DNA from: an uncultured Gemmatimonadales bacterium
Lineage (GTDB): Bacteria; Gemmatimonadota; Gemmatimonadetes; Gemmatimonadales; GWC2-71-9
Length of the DNA stretch: 64,000 nt
Reading direction: 5' to 3'
NCBI GenBank assembly: GCA_963730185.1
Contig: CAVSQW010000012.1
Span: 370,978-434,977 of the forward strand
Shown one piece after another: positions 9,806 to 21,442 of this stretch (within the stretch, counting starts at the first letter, position 1; every line of letters begins with the position of its first letter). The notes under the pieces were generated by a model that was not told the DNA's origin, did no database searches, and worked only from the letters and a program-made list of their open reading frames with translations. A program made the translations under genes and the position numbers.

Positions 9806-11233
9806 CTAGACCCGCTTGGTCGTCCAGCCTCCTCTCCGAAACACGATCGCGCTGACCACGGCGATGGCGGAGAAGGCCAGGGTGATCGCGACGAATACGC
9901 CCCGGGGGCCGAGCCCCAAGGGAATCGCGAGCGTGTAGGCCAGCGGGATCTCGAACAGCCAGAAGCAGCAGACGTTGATCGCCGTCGGCGTGGCCGTGTC
10001 GCCCGCGCCGTTGAACGCGTTCGAGAGCACCATCCCGAAGGCGTAGAACGGGAACCCCAGGCTCACGATCCGGAGGGCCTCGGTCGCGAACCGGGCGACC
10101 TTCACCTCGGTGGTGAATACCCCGGCGATCGCCGGCGCCAGGGCGACGAACAACACCGCCACGCTGCCCAGGAACACCAGGTTGTAGCGACCCGCCAGCC
10201 AGACCGACGCCGCGGCCCGCTCGGGTTTGCCCGCCCCGAGCGACTGCCCCACCATCGTGGCGGCCGCGTTGCTCATTCCCCACGACGGGAGCAGGGCGAA
10301 CAGGAGCACCCGGATGGCGACCGTGTAGCCGGCCAGCGCGTCGGCCCCGAACGTGGCCAAGACTCGAACCAGTCCGATCCAGCTGCTGGTGCTGATCAGG
10401 ATCTGGACGATTCCGGTCGACGAGAGCCGGAAGAGCCGCCGCATGACCCCGAGGTCGACCACCAGGTGCTCCCGCTCGATCACGAAGCGACGATCGCGCC
10501 GGGCCAGCCGATGGAACTGGTAGGCCACCCCCAGCCCTCGACCGACCGTGGTCGCCACCGCGGCTCCCATCACGCCGAGGCGGGGAAACGGTCCCACGCC
10601 AAAGATCAGCAGGGGATCGAGGACCAGATTGCCCAGATTCGCGATCCAGAGGCAGCGCATGGCGATGGCCGCGTCGCCGGAGCCCCGGAAGATCGCGTTG
10701 ATCAGGAACAGCAGCAGGACCACGAAGTTCCCGACGAACATCACTCGGGCAAAGCCGGCCCCGTTCGCCACGATCGACGGGCCGGCCCCCATCAGCCGGA
10801 GCAGATCGGGCGCGAAGATCCCGCCGCCCACGCTGATCGGCACCGCGACCAGGATGCCCAGCAGGATGGCTTGCACCGCCACCCGGGCGGCTTCGCCGGG
10901 TTGCTTCTCGCCGATCCGGCGGGCCACCATCGCGGTGGCGCCGATTCCGAGCCCCATGCCGAGGGCGTAGATGACGCTGAACATCGCCTCGGTCAGCCCG
11001 ACCACAGCCACCGACTCGGCCCCCAGCCGGTTCACCCAGAACACGTTCACCACGGCGAACACCGACTCGAGCGCCACCTCGAGCACCATCGGGATGGCGA
11101 GCAGGAGCAGCGCCCGGCCGATCGGGCCGGTCGTGAAGTCGCGCCCCTCGGCGCCGCGCAGGGCGAGGCGGGCCGTGGGCCAGAACCCCTCGGGCTCGTC
11201 GCCGGGGGGAAGCGGAATCGGTTCCGCCGTCAT
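9806..11233 (-). CDS. MATE family efflux transporter
   Basis: About 12 TM; LAIPMVLE, RGSGDA, NLVLDPLLIFG, NGAGDT. Confidence 0.92.
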   Translation of the reverse strand: MTAEPIPLPPGDEPEGFWPTARLALRGAEGRDFTTGPIGRALLLLAIPMVLEVALESVFAVVNVFWVNRLGAESVAVVGLTEAMFSVIYALGMGLGIGATAMVARRIGEKQPGEAARVAVQAILLGILVAVPISVGGGIFAPDLLRLMGAGPSIVANGAGFARVMFVGNFVVLLLFLINAIFRGSGDAAIAMRCLWIANLGNLVLDPLLIFGVGPFPRLGVMGAAVATTVGRGLGVAYQFHRLARRDRRFVIEREHLVVDLGVMRRLFRLSSTGIVQILISTSSWIGLVRVLATFGADALAGYTVAIRVLLFALLPSWGMSNAAATMVGQSLGAGKPERAAASVWLAGRYNLVFLGSVAVLFVALAPAIAGVFTTEVKVARFATEALRIVSLGFPFYAFGMVLSNAFNGAGDTATPTAINVCCFWLFEIPLAYTLAIPLGLGPRGVFVAITLAFSAIAVVSAIVFRRGGWTTKRV

Positions 11234-11661
11234 GGGAGTGCTGCTTTCCGTCCAGCAGTGGAACTGGATGAGGTGCCGGGCGGCCTGCTGGGACGGTGGA
11301 GCGCGCTCGGGGCACCTCGGGCCCGTTTCGAGTGGCGCGCTCCGGCGGGAAGACTAGGCCAGGTGCGCGCCGAGGATGGTGACCGGGGTGGCAAACATCG
11401 GCGGCTGACTCCGTCGGATGGTGGAGCTCCCCGCCAGGCGCGGGGGAGGATCGAGGAATATAGGGGTCGAAGGCCGGCGGGCCAGTGATCTAGCGCACAG
11501 GACGGCGGAGTCGGTATAGCACGACCGGTCCGGCCGCCTTCGTCCGCCCACCCGCGGCCACGATCACCAGCGCGCCGGTCCACCAGATAGCAACGCGGCC
11601 CATTGGCACCTCCGGCTCCGGCGAGGGCATCCCCGCGGCCGGATCGTGCCACCGCCCGCCG

Positions 11662-12138
11662 TTAGAAGGTCACGTCGAACGTGCCCTCCGTCACCACCTT
11701 GTTCCCGCTGGCGCCCGTGCCGGTTGCCGGCACGGCGGTGAATTGGAAGGTTCCCTGGGCTCCGGTGCTGGTGAGCGAGGTGATGGTGACCGACCCGCTG
11801 CCACCGGTGATCGCGGCGGACCAGGCCTGCCCGCCGATCGACACCGAGGCGTTGCCTGGCCCGCCGACCCCGATGGCGTAGGTGCCCGGCCCGCTCGCGA
11901 TCACGCCGACTCCGATCGTCCCCAGCTGGAGGTTGGCCCCGGCGAAAGCCAGGATGCCGTTGCCGTAGGACCCCGAGGCCGACGGGGCGGACCAGGCGGT
12001 CCCGTCGATCTTGGCCGTCATCGGAGCCGAGCCGTTGGCGGCAGGCCCGGTGGAGCTGCTTCCGCAAGCGGTGGCAAAGATGAGACCCGCGACCGCGAAG
12101 GCCCGAGACGCGATCGAACGGTGGAATATTGTGGTCAT
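11662..12138 (-). CDS. Hypothetical lipoprotein (DUF6252-like)
   Basis: GGAG RBS before ATG 12138; lipobox FATAC; MTAKIDGTAW ... GTFQFTA ... VTEGTFDVTF. Confidence 0.6.
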   Translation of the reverse strand: MTTIFHRSIASRAFAVAGLIFATACGSSSTGPAANGSAPMTAKIDGTAWSAPSASGSYGNGILAFAGANLQLGTIGVGVIASGPGTYAIGVGGPGNASVSIGGQAWSAAITGGSGSVTITSLTSTGAQGTFQFTAVPATGTGASGNKVVTEGTFDVTF

Positions 12139-12297
12139 GGTGATTCTCCGGTGTGAGGGGTGCCCCGGAGGGGCACGGTGGCACCGGATCACGTTGCGAA
12201 ATTCGGGGGCGTCAACCGTCATCGGTGAGACTTGGACTCGGTCGGAAACGAGCTCGGGGGCCGAAGCCAGGAGCGAGTCGACCATCCCATGCAGGGC

Positions 12298-13062
<765 letters not shown>

Positions 13063-13127
13063 GGGAATGTCGGCTCGTGAGAGAGAGGGGGAGAGGTGGG
13101 CGCGAGCCGAAGATAGCGCGCGGCGCG

Positions 13128-14939
13128 CTACCCGGGCACGAGCGATTTGAGCCGGGCCTCGAGATCCGCCTTCGCCTGGTCCAGCTGACCCTGGACCTGG
13201 TCCAGCCGGCCGGTGACCTCGGTCCGATAGGAGTCGAGCTTCGCCCGGGCGTCGGCGACCGGGCCGGCCACCCGTTGATCCACCTCCGCCTTGACTCGCG
13301 CCTCCGCTTTGGCAAATGCCTCGCCCAGGAGGCTCCGGAGCCGAGCCGCGACGGCGTCGTCGAGGTTGGAACGGACGTGGAGCGCGGGCTTCCGGATGTC
13401 GCCCTCGAGCTGGGCGGTGACCTGGAGATCCGAGAGACCAGACACCACCTCCCAGACGATCGTCTTGACCGGATCGGCCCGAAGGGTGGTCGCCGAGTCG
13501 CGGCTCCAGGTGGCGCCCGCGGCCCGGAGGGTCCACTGGGCGGAGATCTGGTCTCCTCTCCGGGAGAAGGCGAGTCCGGTCGTGCCGACCCCCGGGTCGA
13601 CCCGGAAGGGAAGCCCCGGAATCGACACCGCCGGAAGCCGGATCCCGACCACCGTGGCGGCGACGGAGTCGTGCACTGTCTGACCGGTATGGTCGAGCAG
13701 GCCGTTCACCGCCAGCCGGAGGGCGGTGCCGCCGACAGTGCCGGTGGCGTCGAACGTGGCCGGCCGCCCGTAGAGCACCGGCTCGGTGGTGAGACCCGCG
13801 ACGCTGGCCTCGAGGGTGTGGGTGGCCCCACCCACCTGCAGGGCGAGCGAGAGCTTGCCCTGGGAGAGGAGGAAGGTGGGGTATTCCTCCACTTTGGGGA
13901 ACAGCACCGTCGTCCCCGCTTCCCGGAGCCGCTTCGGTCCGCTGACCCGCCTCGGCTGCAGGCCGGGCGGCAGGTACTTCTGGGCCAGCTCCGACCAGTA
14001 GACCACCTGCTGGAAGCGGTCGATGCTGACCTTCCCGAACAGCGCCTCGCCGATGTGGGGCGCATCGAAGCTCGGCAGCTGGAGGAGCGAGCGGGCCAGA
14101 TCGTAGTCCCGCTGGCGGGCCTGGTCGAGCGACGCCACCCCCCGCTGCAAGCGCTCGAGCCCCGCCTGGCCGCTGGCCTGGAGCGCCGACACCCGCCGCT
14201 TGACGCTGTCGACCGCCGCGATGGTCCGGCGGACCGATTGCACCGTGTTACGAAGACCCAGGAGCCCCAGCGTGGCGGGGTTGGTGGCGGCCAGCCGCTC
14301 GGTCAGGGCCCTGGCCGAGTCGATCACCGGCCTCGGATCGAGGGCCTCGACGTCGGCCCGAAGGGAGCCGAGCAGGGAGTCGGCCGAGCCGGCCAGGGCC
14401 TTGGCTTCCTTGACCGTGCCGAGCTGGCTCGGGTCGAGCGCCAGCTGCTTGATCGTGTCGACCGTGGTGAGCGTCAGCGCCGGGACCTTGAACTGCTGCC
14501 GCCACTGGGCGACCTGACCGAGCAGATTCGAGGCAAAGCCGCTCTTCGCCGCGGGCCGGGCCGGCCGGTCGCGCTCGGTCCCGAACCGGACGTCGCCGAT
14601 GGTCAGCTGATCGATCACCAGCTTCTTCTCGAGGAGCGCCGCCGGCTCGACATCCACCACGATCCCGCCAGTCTCGATCAGGTTCCGGGTCGAGTCGAAC
14701 GGGTTGGCGATCTGGACCCGGTCCAGCGTCAGGGCGGCGTCGGTCTCGCGGATGTGGAGCCCGGCGAGGTCGACCTCCGTCCCCAGGAGCTCGCTCCCGG
14801 CCTCCTCACCGGTGTCCTGAACGATTCGGTCGCCGAAGATCACCCACAGCGTGATCAGCAGCGCCAGCAGCAGCAGCAGCGGTCCGATCCCCCGCCAGCG
14901 GAAGATCTTCGTTTTGGACGCCGCGGTCGGGGCGCTCAT
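13128..14939 (-). CDS. TIGR03545 family protein
   Basis: IFRWRG N-terminus with TM helix, ANPF...NL, coiled-coil middle, SNLD motif; coupled to a TIGR03546-like gene. Confidence 0.8.
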   Translation of the reverse strand: MSAPTAASKTKIFRWRGIGPLLLLLALLITLWVIFGDRIVQDTGEEAGSELLGTEVDLAGLHIRETDAALTLDRVQIANPFDSTRNLIETGGIVVDVEPAALLEKKLVIDQLTIGDVRFGTERDRPARPAAKSGFASNLLGQVAQWRQQFKVPALTLTTVDTIKQLALDPSQLGTVKEAKALAGSADSLLGSLRADVEALDPRPVIDSARALTERLAATNPATLGLLGLRNTVQSVRRTIAAVDSVKRRVSALQASGQAGLERLQRGVASLDQARQRDYDLARSLLQLPSFDAPHIGEALFGKVSIDRFQQVVYWSELAQKYLPPGLQPRRVSGPKRLREAGTTVLFPKVEEYPTFLLSQGKLSLALQVGGATHTLEASVAGLTTEPVLYGRPATFDATGTVGGTALRLAVNGLLDHTGQTVHDSVAATVVGIRLPAVSIPGLPFRVDPGVGTTGLAFSRRGDQISAQWTLRAAGATWSRDSATTLRADPVKTIVWEVVSGLSDLQVTAQLEGDIRKPALHVRSNLDDAVAARLRSLLGEAFAKAEARVKAEVDQRVAGPVADARAKLDSYRTEVTGRLDQVQGQLDQAKADLEARLKSLVPG

Positions 14940-15457
14940 TCGGGCCGGAACCAGCGATAGAGGTTGTAAGCCTTCGACGCCTTGACCGCCTTCATGAAGC
15001 GGGAGGCCTCCACCCGCGCGCCCAAAGTGGCCCGATAGCGGACCACCCCGAACCGGGCCAGGAAGTAGATCGGGAGCGCGAGCGCCAGCCAGGCCACGAC
15101 GCTCCCCAGCACCACCGTGTTGTTGAAGTTCGTGTAGGGGAGCACCGGGGAGTTGTACAACGAGGTCCAGAGCGGCCGGAGTCCGGACGAGTCAATCAGC
15201 AGCCACCGGCCGATCTGATCGAACACCGGGTCGAGCAGAAACCCAAGCGGGGCGAACACCACCATCGCGAGCAGGCCACCCGCGAAGGAGACGTTGAGGA
15301 TGACGAGGAGGAAGAGGACGACCAGGTTGTGAACGTTGACCAGCGGGGTCAATCCGAGTGCGGCCCCGAGGGCCATCCCGGCGGCGATCTGGCCGGGCGT
15401 GCCCTCGGAGTGGAGCGTCTTGACGAACCGCTGGAGCAATTTGAGCAGGGTGAGCAT
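14936..15457 (-). CDS. TIGR03546 (DUF2062-like) membrane protein
   Basis: TPGQIAAG, GLTP, LDPVFDQIG, FNNTVVLGS. Confidence 0.85.
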   Translation of the reverse strand: MLTLLKLLQRFVKTLHSEGTPGQIAAGMALGAALGLTPLVNVHNLVVLFLLVILNVSFAGGLLAMVVFAPLGFLLDPVFDQIGRWLLIDSSGLRPLWTSLYNSPVLPYTNFNNTVVLGSVVAWLALALPIYFLARFGVVRYRATLGARVEASRFMKAVKASKAYNLYRWFRPE

Positions 15458-15535
15458 CGCGCCTTGCCCGGAATCGACCCTCGGACCATAACGCCGGTCC
15501 GGAGCCGCGTCACCTCCCTCCGACCAGCCCGGCCG

Positions 15536-16045
15536 TCAAACCGTGCGCCGGTCTCGCACCAGCCAGACGATGGGCGGCCCCACCACCGTCAGATGGGCGG
15601 CCAGCACCACCCAGAATCCCGAAGCCGAAAAGGCCATCGCCCTGCCACCGAGCGCGGGCACGACCAGCCGGTTCATGAGGAGCCAGATCGCGGCTCCGTA
15701 GACCAGCGCGACCGCCAGCGCTCCACCGCTGCCCTCGACCGTTCGGCGGAGCCCGGCCGACCCACGATAGAGCAGCGCGAAGACGGTCGTCCAGCCGAAG
15801 GCCACTCCGAAGTGCATCGCCAGGCCGACCAGCGCCGTCGGCACGCCCCCCTGAAAGGCGCTCGGTCCGAGCAGCCGCGAGGCGATGCCCTGGAAGATCC
15901 GAACGGCGGTGGAGACCGGCATGACGATGGTATAGGCGACGACCACGTATAGCCCGTCCAGCACGCCGACGACGCTCCCGGCAAGGAGGATCCGCCGGAC
16001 GACCATAGGGGCAGCGGGCGGAGGGGCGAGAGCTCCAGCGGTCAC
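15536..16045 (-). CDS. Hypothetical membrane protein (about 4 TM)
   Basis: FQGIAS.LLG..AF.GG, GLAMHF, YGAAIW. Confidence 0.6.
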   Translation of the reverse strand: MTAGALAPPPAAPMVVRRILLAGSVVGVLDGLYVVVAYTIVMPVSTAVRIFQGIASRLLGPSAFQGGVPTALVGLAMHFGVAFGWTTVFALLYRGSAGLRRTVEGSGGALAVALVYGAAIWLLMNRLVVPALGGRAMAFSASGFWVVLAAHLTVVGPPIVWLVRDRRTV

Positions 16046-16118
16046 GACAGGCTCCAGTGGATGGGGTGACAGACCCTACGACCCCGCTCGAGAGCGTGTT
16101 TCCGACGTCGGCAGTGGT

Positions 16119-17180
16119 CTATCGTCCCAACCCGGCCTCGATCGCCGCGTGGTCGGCCAGCACGGCGACCATCCGATCCATGGCCCTGAATCGCTCGTCG
16201 CGAGTGACACCTCGGACGTATCGGGCGTAGATCTGCTGGAGGATCACGGCCAGCTTGAAGAGGCCGAAGACCAGATAGAACGACGGGTCGTCGACGGCGA
16301 GATCCCTCCGGCGCGCGTACTCGTCGACGATCCGCCGGCGGGTCCACATCCCGGGCATCGCGGTGGGTCCCATCGCCACCGCCCGGAGGGGCTCGGGATC
16401 GGTCGCCTCGATCCAGTAGGCCAAGCTGCACCCCAGGTCCATGAGCGGGTCGCCCACGGTGGCCATCTCCCAGTCGAGCACGGCCACCAATCGGCCGGGA
16501 TCGTCCCCGGCCACCATCACGTTGTCGAACTTGAAGTCGTTGTGGACCACCGCCGCGCCCCGCTCCGGTGGCATTCGCTCGGCCAGCCAGGCCGCCACCT
16601 CGTTCAGGGCCCGGACCTCGCTGGTCGCGGCGGCCTGGTAGCGCCGGGTCCACCCTTCCACCTGCCGGCGGACGTAGCCGGCCGGCTTCCCGAAGTCCTC
16701 GAGACCGACGGCTCGGTAGTCGAGTCCGTGCAAGGCCACCAGCGTCTCGACCATCGCGGCCGACAGCCGGTCGGCCAGCTCGGGGCCGAGCACGAGGCCT
16801 TCGGGCAACGTCCGTCGGAGCACGAGCCCGTGCCGCCGTTCCATGAGGTAGAACGGGGCGCCGATGACCGACGGGTCGTCGCAGAGGACCAGGGGGGCGG
16901 GCGCCAACGGAAAGACCGGCGCGAGAGCGGAAAGGACCCGAAACTCGCGCCCCATGTCGTGCGCGGTCTTGACCAGGTTGCCGAACGGCGGCCGGCGGAG
17001 CACGTACTCGGCGTCGCCGATCCGGACCAGGTAGGTGAGGTTCGAGTGTCCCTTCCGGAACTGCCGCACCGCGATCGGCCCGCCGGGGGCCGGAAGGCGG
17101 GACCCGAGGTAGGCCACCAGCGCCCCCTGGTCGAGCGCCTCGCCCTCGCGGATGGCGCCGGGCTCGTCGAGCGCGGTCAT
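16119..17180 (-). CDS. APH-family phosphotransferase (LvaA / ACAD10-11 kinase-like)
   Basis: GHSNLTY, VLRRPP, AHDMGRE, HNDFKFDN, VLDWEM, GDPLMDLG. Confidence 0.9.
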   Translation of the reverse strand: MTALDEPGAIREGEALDQGALVAYLGSRLPAPGGPIAVRQFRKGHSNLTYLVRIGDAEYVLRRPPFGNLVKTAHDMGREFRVLSALAPVFPLAPAPLVLCDDPSVIGAPFYLMERRHGLVLRRTLPEGLVLGPELADRLSAAMVETLVALHGLDYRAVGLEDFGKPAGYVRRQVEGWTRRYQAAATSEVRALNEVAAWLAERMPPERGAAVVHNDFKFDNVMVAGDDPGRLVAVLDWEMATVGDPLMDLGCSLAYWIEATDPEPLRAVAMGPTAMPGMWTRRRIVDEYARRRDLAVDDPSFYLVFGLFKLAVILQQIYARYVRGVTRDERFRAMDRMVAVLADHAAIEAGLGR

Positions 17181-17956
17181 TCCGGATGGGCCCCGTCCAA
17201 CCGGCGTTGGAGGCGCTGCATCCCCCGAATCCAGCGGTCGGTGTCGTCCCACTTCCGGCGGACGTACTCGCGGACCAGGGGGTGAGGCAGGATCAGGAAC
17301 TCCTCCCGGGCCACACCGAGGGCCACGGCGTCGGCGACCGCTTCGGGTTCGATCGCCTCAGGACCGAGCAGGGCCGTGATCCGCTCGTCGCTCTGCTCGA
17401 GCATCGGCGTCCGGACGCCGAGCGGGCAGACGCAGGACACCCTGATCCCGTGCTCGCCGTAGGTCACCGCCAGCCACTCGGCGAAGGCCACGGCGGCGTG
17501 TTTGGATACGGCATATGGCGCCGACCCGATCTGGGTCACGAGCCCCGCGGCTGAGGCGACGTTGACGAGGTAGCCCTGACCGCGGCGGAGCATGTCGGGC
17601 ACCAGCACCCGGGCCGCCCGGACGTGGGCCATCAGGTTCACGTCCAGCACCCGGTACCACTCGGCGTCCGGCACTTCCGGTCCGCCGCCGACGGCGATCC
17701 CGGCGTTGGAGCAGAAGAGGTCGATCGGCCCGACCCGCTGCTCCACGTGGGCGACGAGCGAGATCAGCTGCCGATCCTCCCCGACGTCGACCCCGAAGGC
17801 AACCGCACCAAGCTCGGCCGCGACCCGCTCGGCTCCGTCGACGTCGACGTCGCTCACCACCACCACGGCGCCCTCCGCCGCGAACCGCCGGCAGATCGCC
17901 CGGCCGATCCCGCTCGCCGCCCCGGTGACGACGCACACCCGGTTCCGGAGCTCCAT
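17177..17956 (-). CDS. Short-chain dehydrogenase/reductase
   Basis: TGAASGIG, SNAGI, YAVSK. Confidence 0.9.
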   Translation of the reverse strand: MELRNRVCVVTGAASGIGRAICRRFAAEGAVVVVSDVDVDGAERVAAELGAVAFGVDVGEDRQLISLVAHVEQRVGPIDLFCSNAGIAVGGGPEVPDAEWYRVLDVNLMAHVRAARVLVPDMLRRGQGYLVNVASAAGLVTQIGSAPYAVSKHAAVAFAEWLAVTYGEHGIRVSCVCPLGVRTPMLEQSDERITALLGPEAIEPEAVADAVALGVAREEFLILPHPLVREYVRRKWDDTDRWIRGMQRLQRRLDGAHPE

Positions 17957-17986
17957 GGATTGCCGTCCCGTCTGGAAAGGGCAACG

Positions 17987-18021
17987 AAAAGCGCGGCCCG
18001 GGAGCCGCCCGGGGCCGCGCT
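17987..18021 (-). terminator. Probable intrinsic terminator
   Basis: agcgcggccc ... gggccgcgct stem followed by TTTT on the minus strand, downstream of 18065-18454. Confidence 0.5.
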
Positions 18022-18064
18022 GGATTGTAACCCCCCGCGAGCGAGGGGGGAGCCTAGACCGTCG

Positions 18065-18454
18065 TCACCAGACGAACACCCCGCTGGTGCTGAGCAGCGG
18101 CGAGATGGTGAAGGCCACCGTATCGCCGGCGCGGACATTCAGGAGCCCGGTGGACGCGTAGCCCCAACCGCCGATCGGCCGGGCCACGACCTGGAACAGG
18201 CCGTTCTTGAAGTTCATCGGGCGGATCGCGAAGGTACCCTTGGTCTCGCCGACCACCATGCCGATCCGGTAGAACACGCCGTTGTCGACGGCGTACAGAT
18301 CCATGTCCGCAAAGTTCTGGTTGTCGACCGTCAGGGTGACGATCCGTTCGGGAGCCTTCGCCTTCGCCTGTGGTTGCGTATCGGCGGAGGCGATTCCCGG
18401 CGTGGCCAGCGTGCCGGCCATCGCAAGCGACAGGTACAGCGCCAGGTGTCTCAT
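18065..18454 (-). CDS. Small secreted hypothetical protein
   Basis: GAGGAGG RBS; signal peptide; VDNQNFADMDLYAV...RIGMV. Confidence 0.7.
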   Translation of the reverse strand: MRHLALYLSLAMAGTLATPGIASADTQPQAKAKAPERIVTLTVDNQNFADMDLYAVDNGVFYRIGMVVGETKGTFAIRPMNFKNGLFQVVARPIGGWGYASTGLLNVRAGDTVAFTISPLLSTSGVFVW

Positions 18455-18571
18455 ACTACCTCCTCAGTGGGCCATTCTCGGATCGCGCTCATCGCGATCC
18501 CGCCACCCACTTACGCCAAGAAGGTAGTCCGGGCCCCCTGAACCCCCGATAAACGCCGAAAACCCACCCGG

Positions 18572-19792
18572 CTAGCCGTCCGCCCGTCCAGCCGCCTTGC
18601 GCAGCTCCAGCTTGGCCACGGCTTCCCGGTGCACCTCGTCCGGTCCGTCGGCCAGCCTGAGGGTGCGGGCCTGGGCCCAGGCGTAGGCGAGGAAGGTGTC
18701 CTGGCTGACCCCGGCCCCGCCGTGCACCTGAATGGCCCGGTCGATGGCCCGGAGGGCCACCCTGGGCGCCACCACCTTGATCATGGCGATCTCGGCTCGC
18801 GCCGCCTTGTTGCCGACGGTGTCCATCAGGTGCGCGGCCTGGAGCACCAGGAGCCGCGCCTGATCGATGTCGATTCGCGACTCGGCGATGTCGGCCCGCA
18901 CGGTCCCCTGGTCGGCCAGCGGCTTGCCGAAGGCCACCCGGCTCCGGGCCCGCCCGCACATCAGCTCGAGGGCTCGCTCGGCCAGCCCGATCAAGCGCAT
19001 GCAGTGGTGGATCCGGCCGGGACCCAGTCGCCCCTGGGCGATCTCGAACCCCCGGCCTTCACCGAGAAGGAGGTGGTCGGCCGGAACCCGGACGGCGGTG
19101 AACGAGACTTCGCCGTGGCCGTGGGGCGCGTCGTCGTAACCGAAGACGGTGAGCATCCGTTCGATCTTCACTCCTGGCGCGTCCATCGGCACCAGGATCA
19201 TCGACTGCTGGAGATGCCTGGGCGCATCCGGGTTCGACCGCCCCATCACGATCGCGATCTTGCAGCGGGGATCGCCGGCGCCGGAGGTCCACCACTTCCG
19301 CCCGTTGACGACGTACCCGTCTCCGTCACGGACGATCGACGCCCGGATGTTGGTCGCGTCGGAGCTGGCGACGTCGGGCTCGGTCATCGCGAAGCAGCTC
19401 CGGATCTCTCCGGCCAGGAGCGGCTCGAGCCAGGCGGTCTTTTGCGCCGCGGTGCCATAGCGGACCAGCACCTCCATGTTGCCGGTATCGGGCGCGGAGC
19501 AGTTGAAGACCTCGGGCGCCATGGGTGAGCGGCCCATGATCTCGCAGAGCCCGGCGTACTCGAGATTGGTGAGCCCCGCCCCGTATTCCGACTCCGGCAG
19601 GAACAGGTTCCAGAGACCGTCGGCCCGGGCACGGGCCTTGAGCGACTCCATGATCCGGGTGGGTTGCCAGCGATCCCTGGCGATCTCCGCGAACCAAGTG
19701 GCTTCGTTCGGCAAGACATGCTCGGCCATGAAGGCCCGAAGCCGGCCCGCCAGGTCGACGGCGCGGGAGGATGGGGTGAAGATCGAGGTCAC
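18572..19792 (-). CDS. Acyl-CoA dehydrogenase (LvaC / ACAD10-11-like)
   Basis: [66 protein letters not shown] start with GGAG RBS. Confidence 0.93.
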   Translation of the reverse strand: MTSIFTPSSRAVDLAGRLRAFMAEHVLPNEATWFAEIARDRWQPTRIMESLKARARADGLWNLFLPESEYGAGLTNLEYAGLCEIMGRSPMAPEVFNCSAPDTGNMEVLVRYGTAAQKTAWLEPLLAGEIRSCFAMTEPDVASSDATNIRASIVRDGDGYVVNGRKWWTSGAGDPRCKIAIVMGRSNPDAPRHLQQSMILVPMDAPGVKIERMLTVFGYDDAPHGHGEVSFTAVRVPADHLLLGEGRGFEIAQGRLGPGRIHHCMRLIGLAERALELMCGRARSRVAFGKPLADQGTVRADIAESRIDIDQARLLVLQAAHLMDTVGNKAARAEIAMIKVVAPRVALRAIDRAIQVHGGAGVSQDTFLAYAWAQARTLRLADGPDEVHREAVAKLELRKAAGRADG

Positions 19793-19916
19793 GGCCGATA
19801 TCTCCAGGGAGGACGGCGGGAACATACGAACCGCGGCACCCGGGCGCGATGCCTGGCTGGCGCCGCCGGGCCTCACCCTTGCCGAACCGGGTCGGGACAG
19901 GCATCGTAAGGCCCGC

Positions 19917-20852
19917 ATGCCATTTTCAACCTACACCAGCTTCAACCGGGTCGAGTGGGCGGCGCTCCGCTTCAACACGCCGCTCACGCTTTCCCAGGCC
20001 GACCTGGCCGAGCTCCAGGGCAGCAACGAGCGCCTGGAGATCCTCGAGGTGGAGGAGGTCTACCTCCCGCTTTCCCGGCTCCTCAATCTGCACGTCGGGG
20101 TGTCGCGCGAGCTGGGGCGGGTGGCCGACATCTTCCTCGGCAAGACCGCCGGCGAGCGTCCCTATGTGATGGGGATCGCCGGCAGCGTCGCGGTCGGCAA
20201 GAGCACCACCGCCCGAGTGATGCGCGCGCTGCTGGCCCGCTGGCCCGACCATCCCCGGGTCGACCTGGTCACCACGGACGGGTTCCTCCTTCCCAACCAG
20301 GAGCTCGAAGCCCGCGGCATCATGCATCGGAAGGGGTTCCCGGAGAGCTATGACACCAGGCGGCTGGTGCAGTTCGTCGCCGACCTCAAGTCGGGCGTGC
20401 CGAGGGTGGAGGCGCCCGTCTACTCTCACTTGGTCTACGACATCGTTCCGGGCCGGACCCAGGTGGTGGAGCGACCCGACGTCGTGATCATCGAGGGGCT
20501 CAACGTGCTCCAGGGCGCCGACCGCCGCTCAGGCGACGGCGACCGGCCGTTCGTGTCGGACTTCTTCGATTTTTCGATCTACGTCGACGCCGACGAGGAC
20601 CACATCCGGCACTGGTTCCTGGAGCGGTTCCGGCGGCTCCGGCAGACGGCGTTCCGGGACCCCAAGTCGTTCTTCCGCCGGTACGCGGACATGCCCGAGG
20701 ACGAGGCCGTGGCCTTCGCCAACCGGGTCTGGGACGAGATCAACGGGGTCAACCTCAAGGAAAACATCGAGCCGACCAAGGAACGGGCCCACCTGGTGCT
20801 GGAAAAGGGTCCCGGGCATGAGGTCCTCGGGGTTCGGCTCCGACGGCTCTGA
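19917..20852 (+). CDS. coaA: Type I pantothenate kinase
   Basis: [52 protein letters not shown]. Confidence 0.95.
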   Translation: MPFSTYTSFNRVEWAALRFNTPLTLSQADLAELQGSNERLEILEVEEVYLPLSRLLNLHVGVSRELGRVADIFLGKTAGERPYVMGIAGSVAVGKSTTARVMRALLARWPDHPRVDLVTTDGFLLPNQELEARGIMHRKGFPESYDTRRLVQFVADLKSGVPRVEAPVYSHLVYDIVPGRTQVVERPDVVIIEGLNVLQGADRRSGDGDRPFVSDFFDFSIYVDADEDHIRHWFLERFRRLRQTAFRDPKSFFRRYADMPEDEAVAFANRVWDEINGVNLKENIEPTKERAHLVLEKGPGHEVLGVRLRRL

Positions 20853-20931
20853 TCGTCCGGACCCGCGGGTCGAAACCTTCCGATCCCCGGGCCCGTTCTG
20901 CCATTCCACCCCTCCAATGCGGAGCCCCATC

Positions 20932-21357
20932 ATGTCGCGGTCCCGGCCTCTGTGGGCGGCATCCCTGGCCCTCCTCGTCTCCACGGCAGCCGCTTCCCCA
21001 GCCCTGGCGCAGGCCTCGGCCACCCCGACCCCCGGCTCGACCAAGCTGGTGGGCGAGTGGGTTGGGCCCTACACCACCGACGGCCCCTCGGGCACGATGT
21101 CGCTGAAGGTGCTTCAGGCCGCCGCGGCCTGGAAAGTCGACGTGGACCTTGGCGCCGAGGCCCCGGCGCCGGGGGCGCCCTCGGAGGTCAAGGCCGACGG
21201 CAACGTGCTGACCTGGCGGCAGCCGTTCGGGGAATACGACGTGCTGTTCAAGGCCACGCTGGACGAGACCGGCGCCAAACTGACCGGGACGATCGAGGCC
21301 AACCAGGGCGGGTCCTACGTGGGCGGGGGGTCGTTCACGCTCAGCAAGAAGACCTGA
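20932..21357 (+). CDS. Small secreted hypothetical protein
   Basis: Signal peptide ending ALA-Q; beta-rich body; GGAG RBS. Confidence 0.65.
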   Translation: MSRSRPLWAASLALLVSTAAASPALAQASATPTPGSTKLVGEWVGPYTTDGPSGTMSLKVLQAAAAWKVDVDLGAEAPAPGAPSEVKADGNVLTWRQPFGEYDVLFKATLDETGAKLTGTIEANQGGSYVGGGSFTLSKKT

Positions 21358-21378
21358 CGGTACCCCCACCGGAATTGC

Positions 21379-21416
21379 CGAAGGGGGCGGGGCCCGGTCG
21401 GGCCCCGCCCCCTTCG
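21379..21416. terminator. Hairpin between convergent genes (probable bidirectional terminator)
   Basis: cgaagggggcggggccc-ggtc-gggccccgcccccttcg: perfect 17-bp stem with a 4-nt loop. Confidence 0.75.
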
Positions 21417-21442
21417 TCACGATTGGCCGGAGCGCCGACCCG

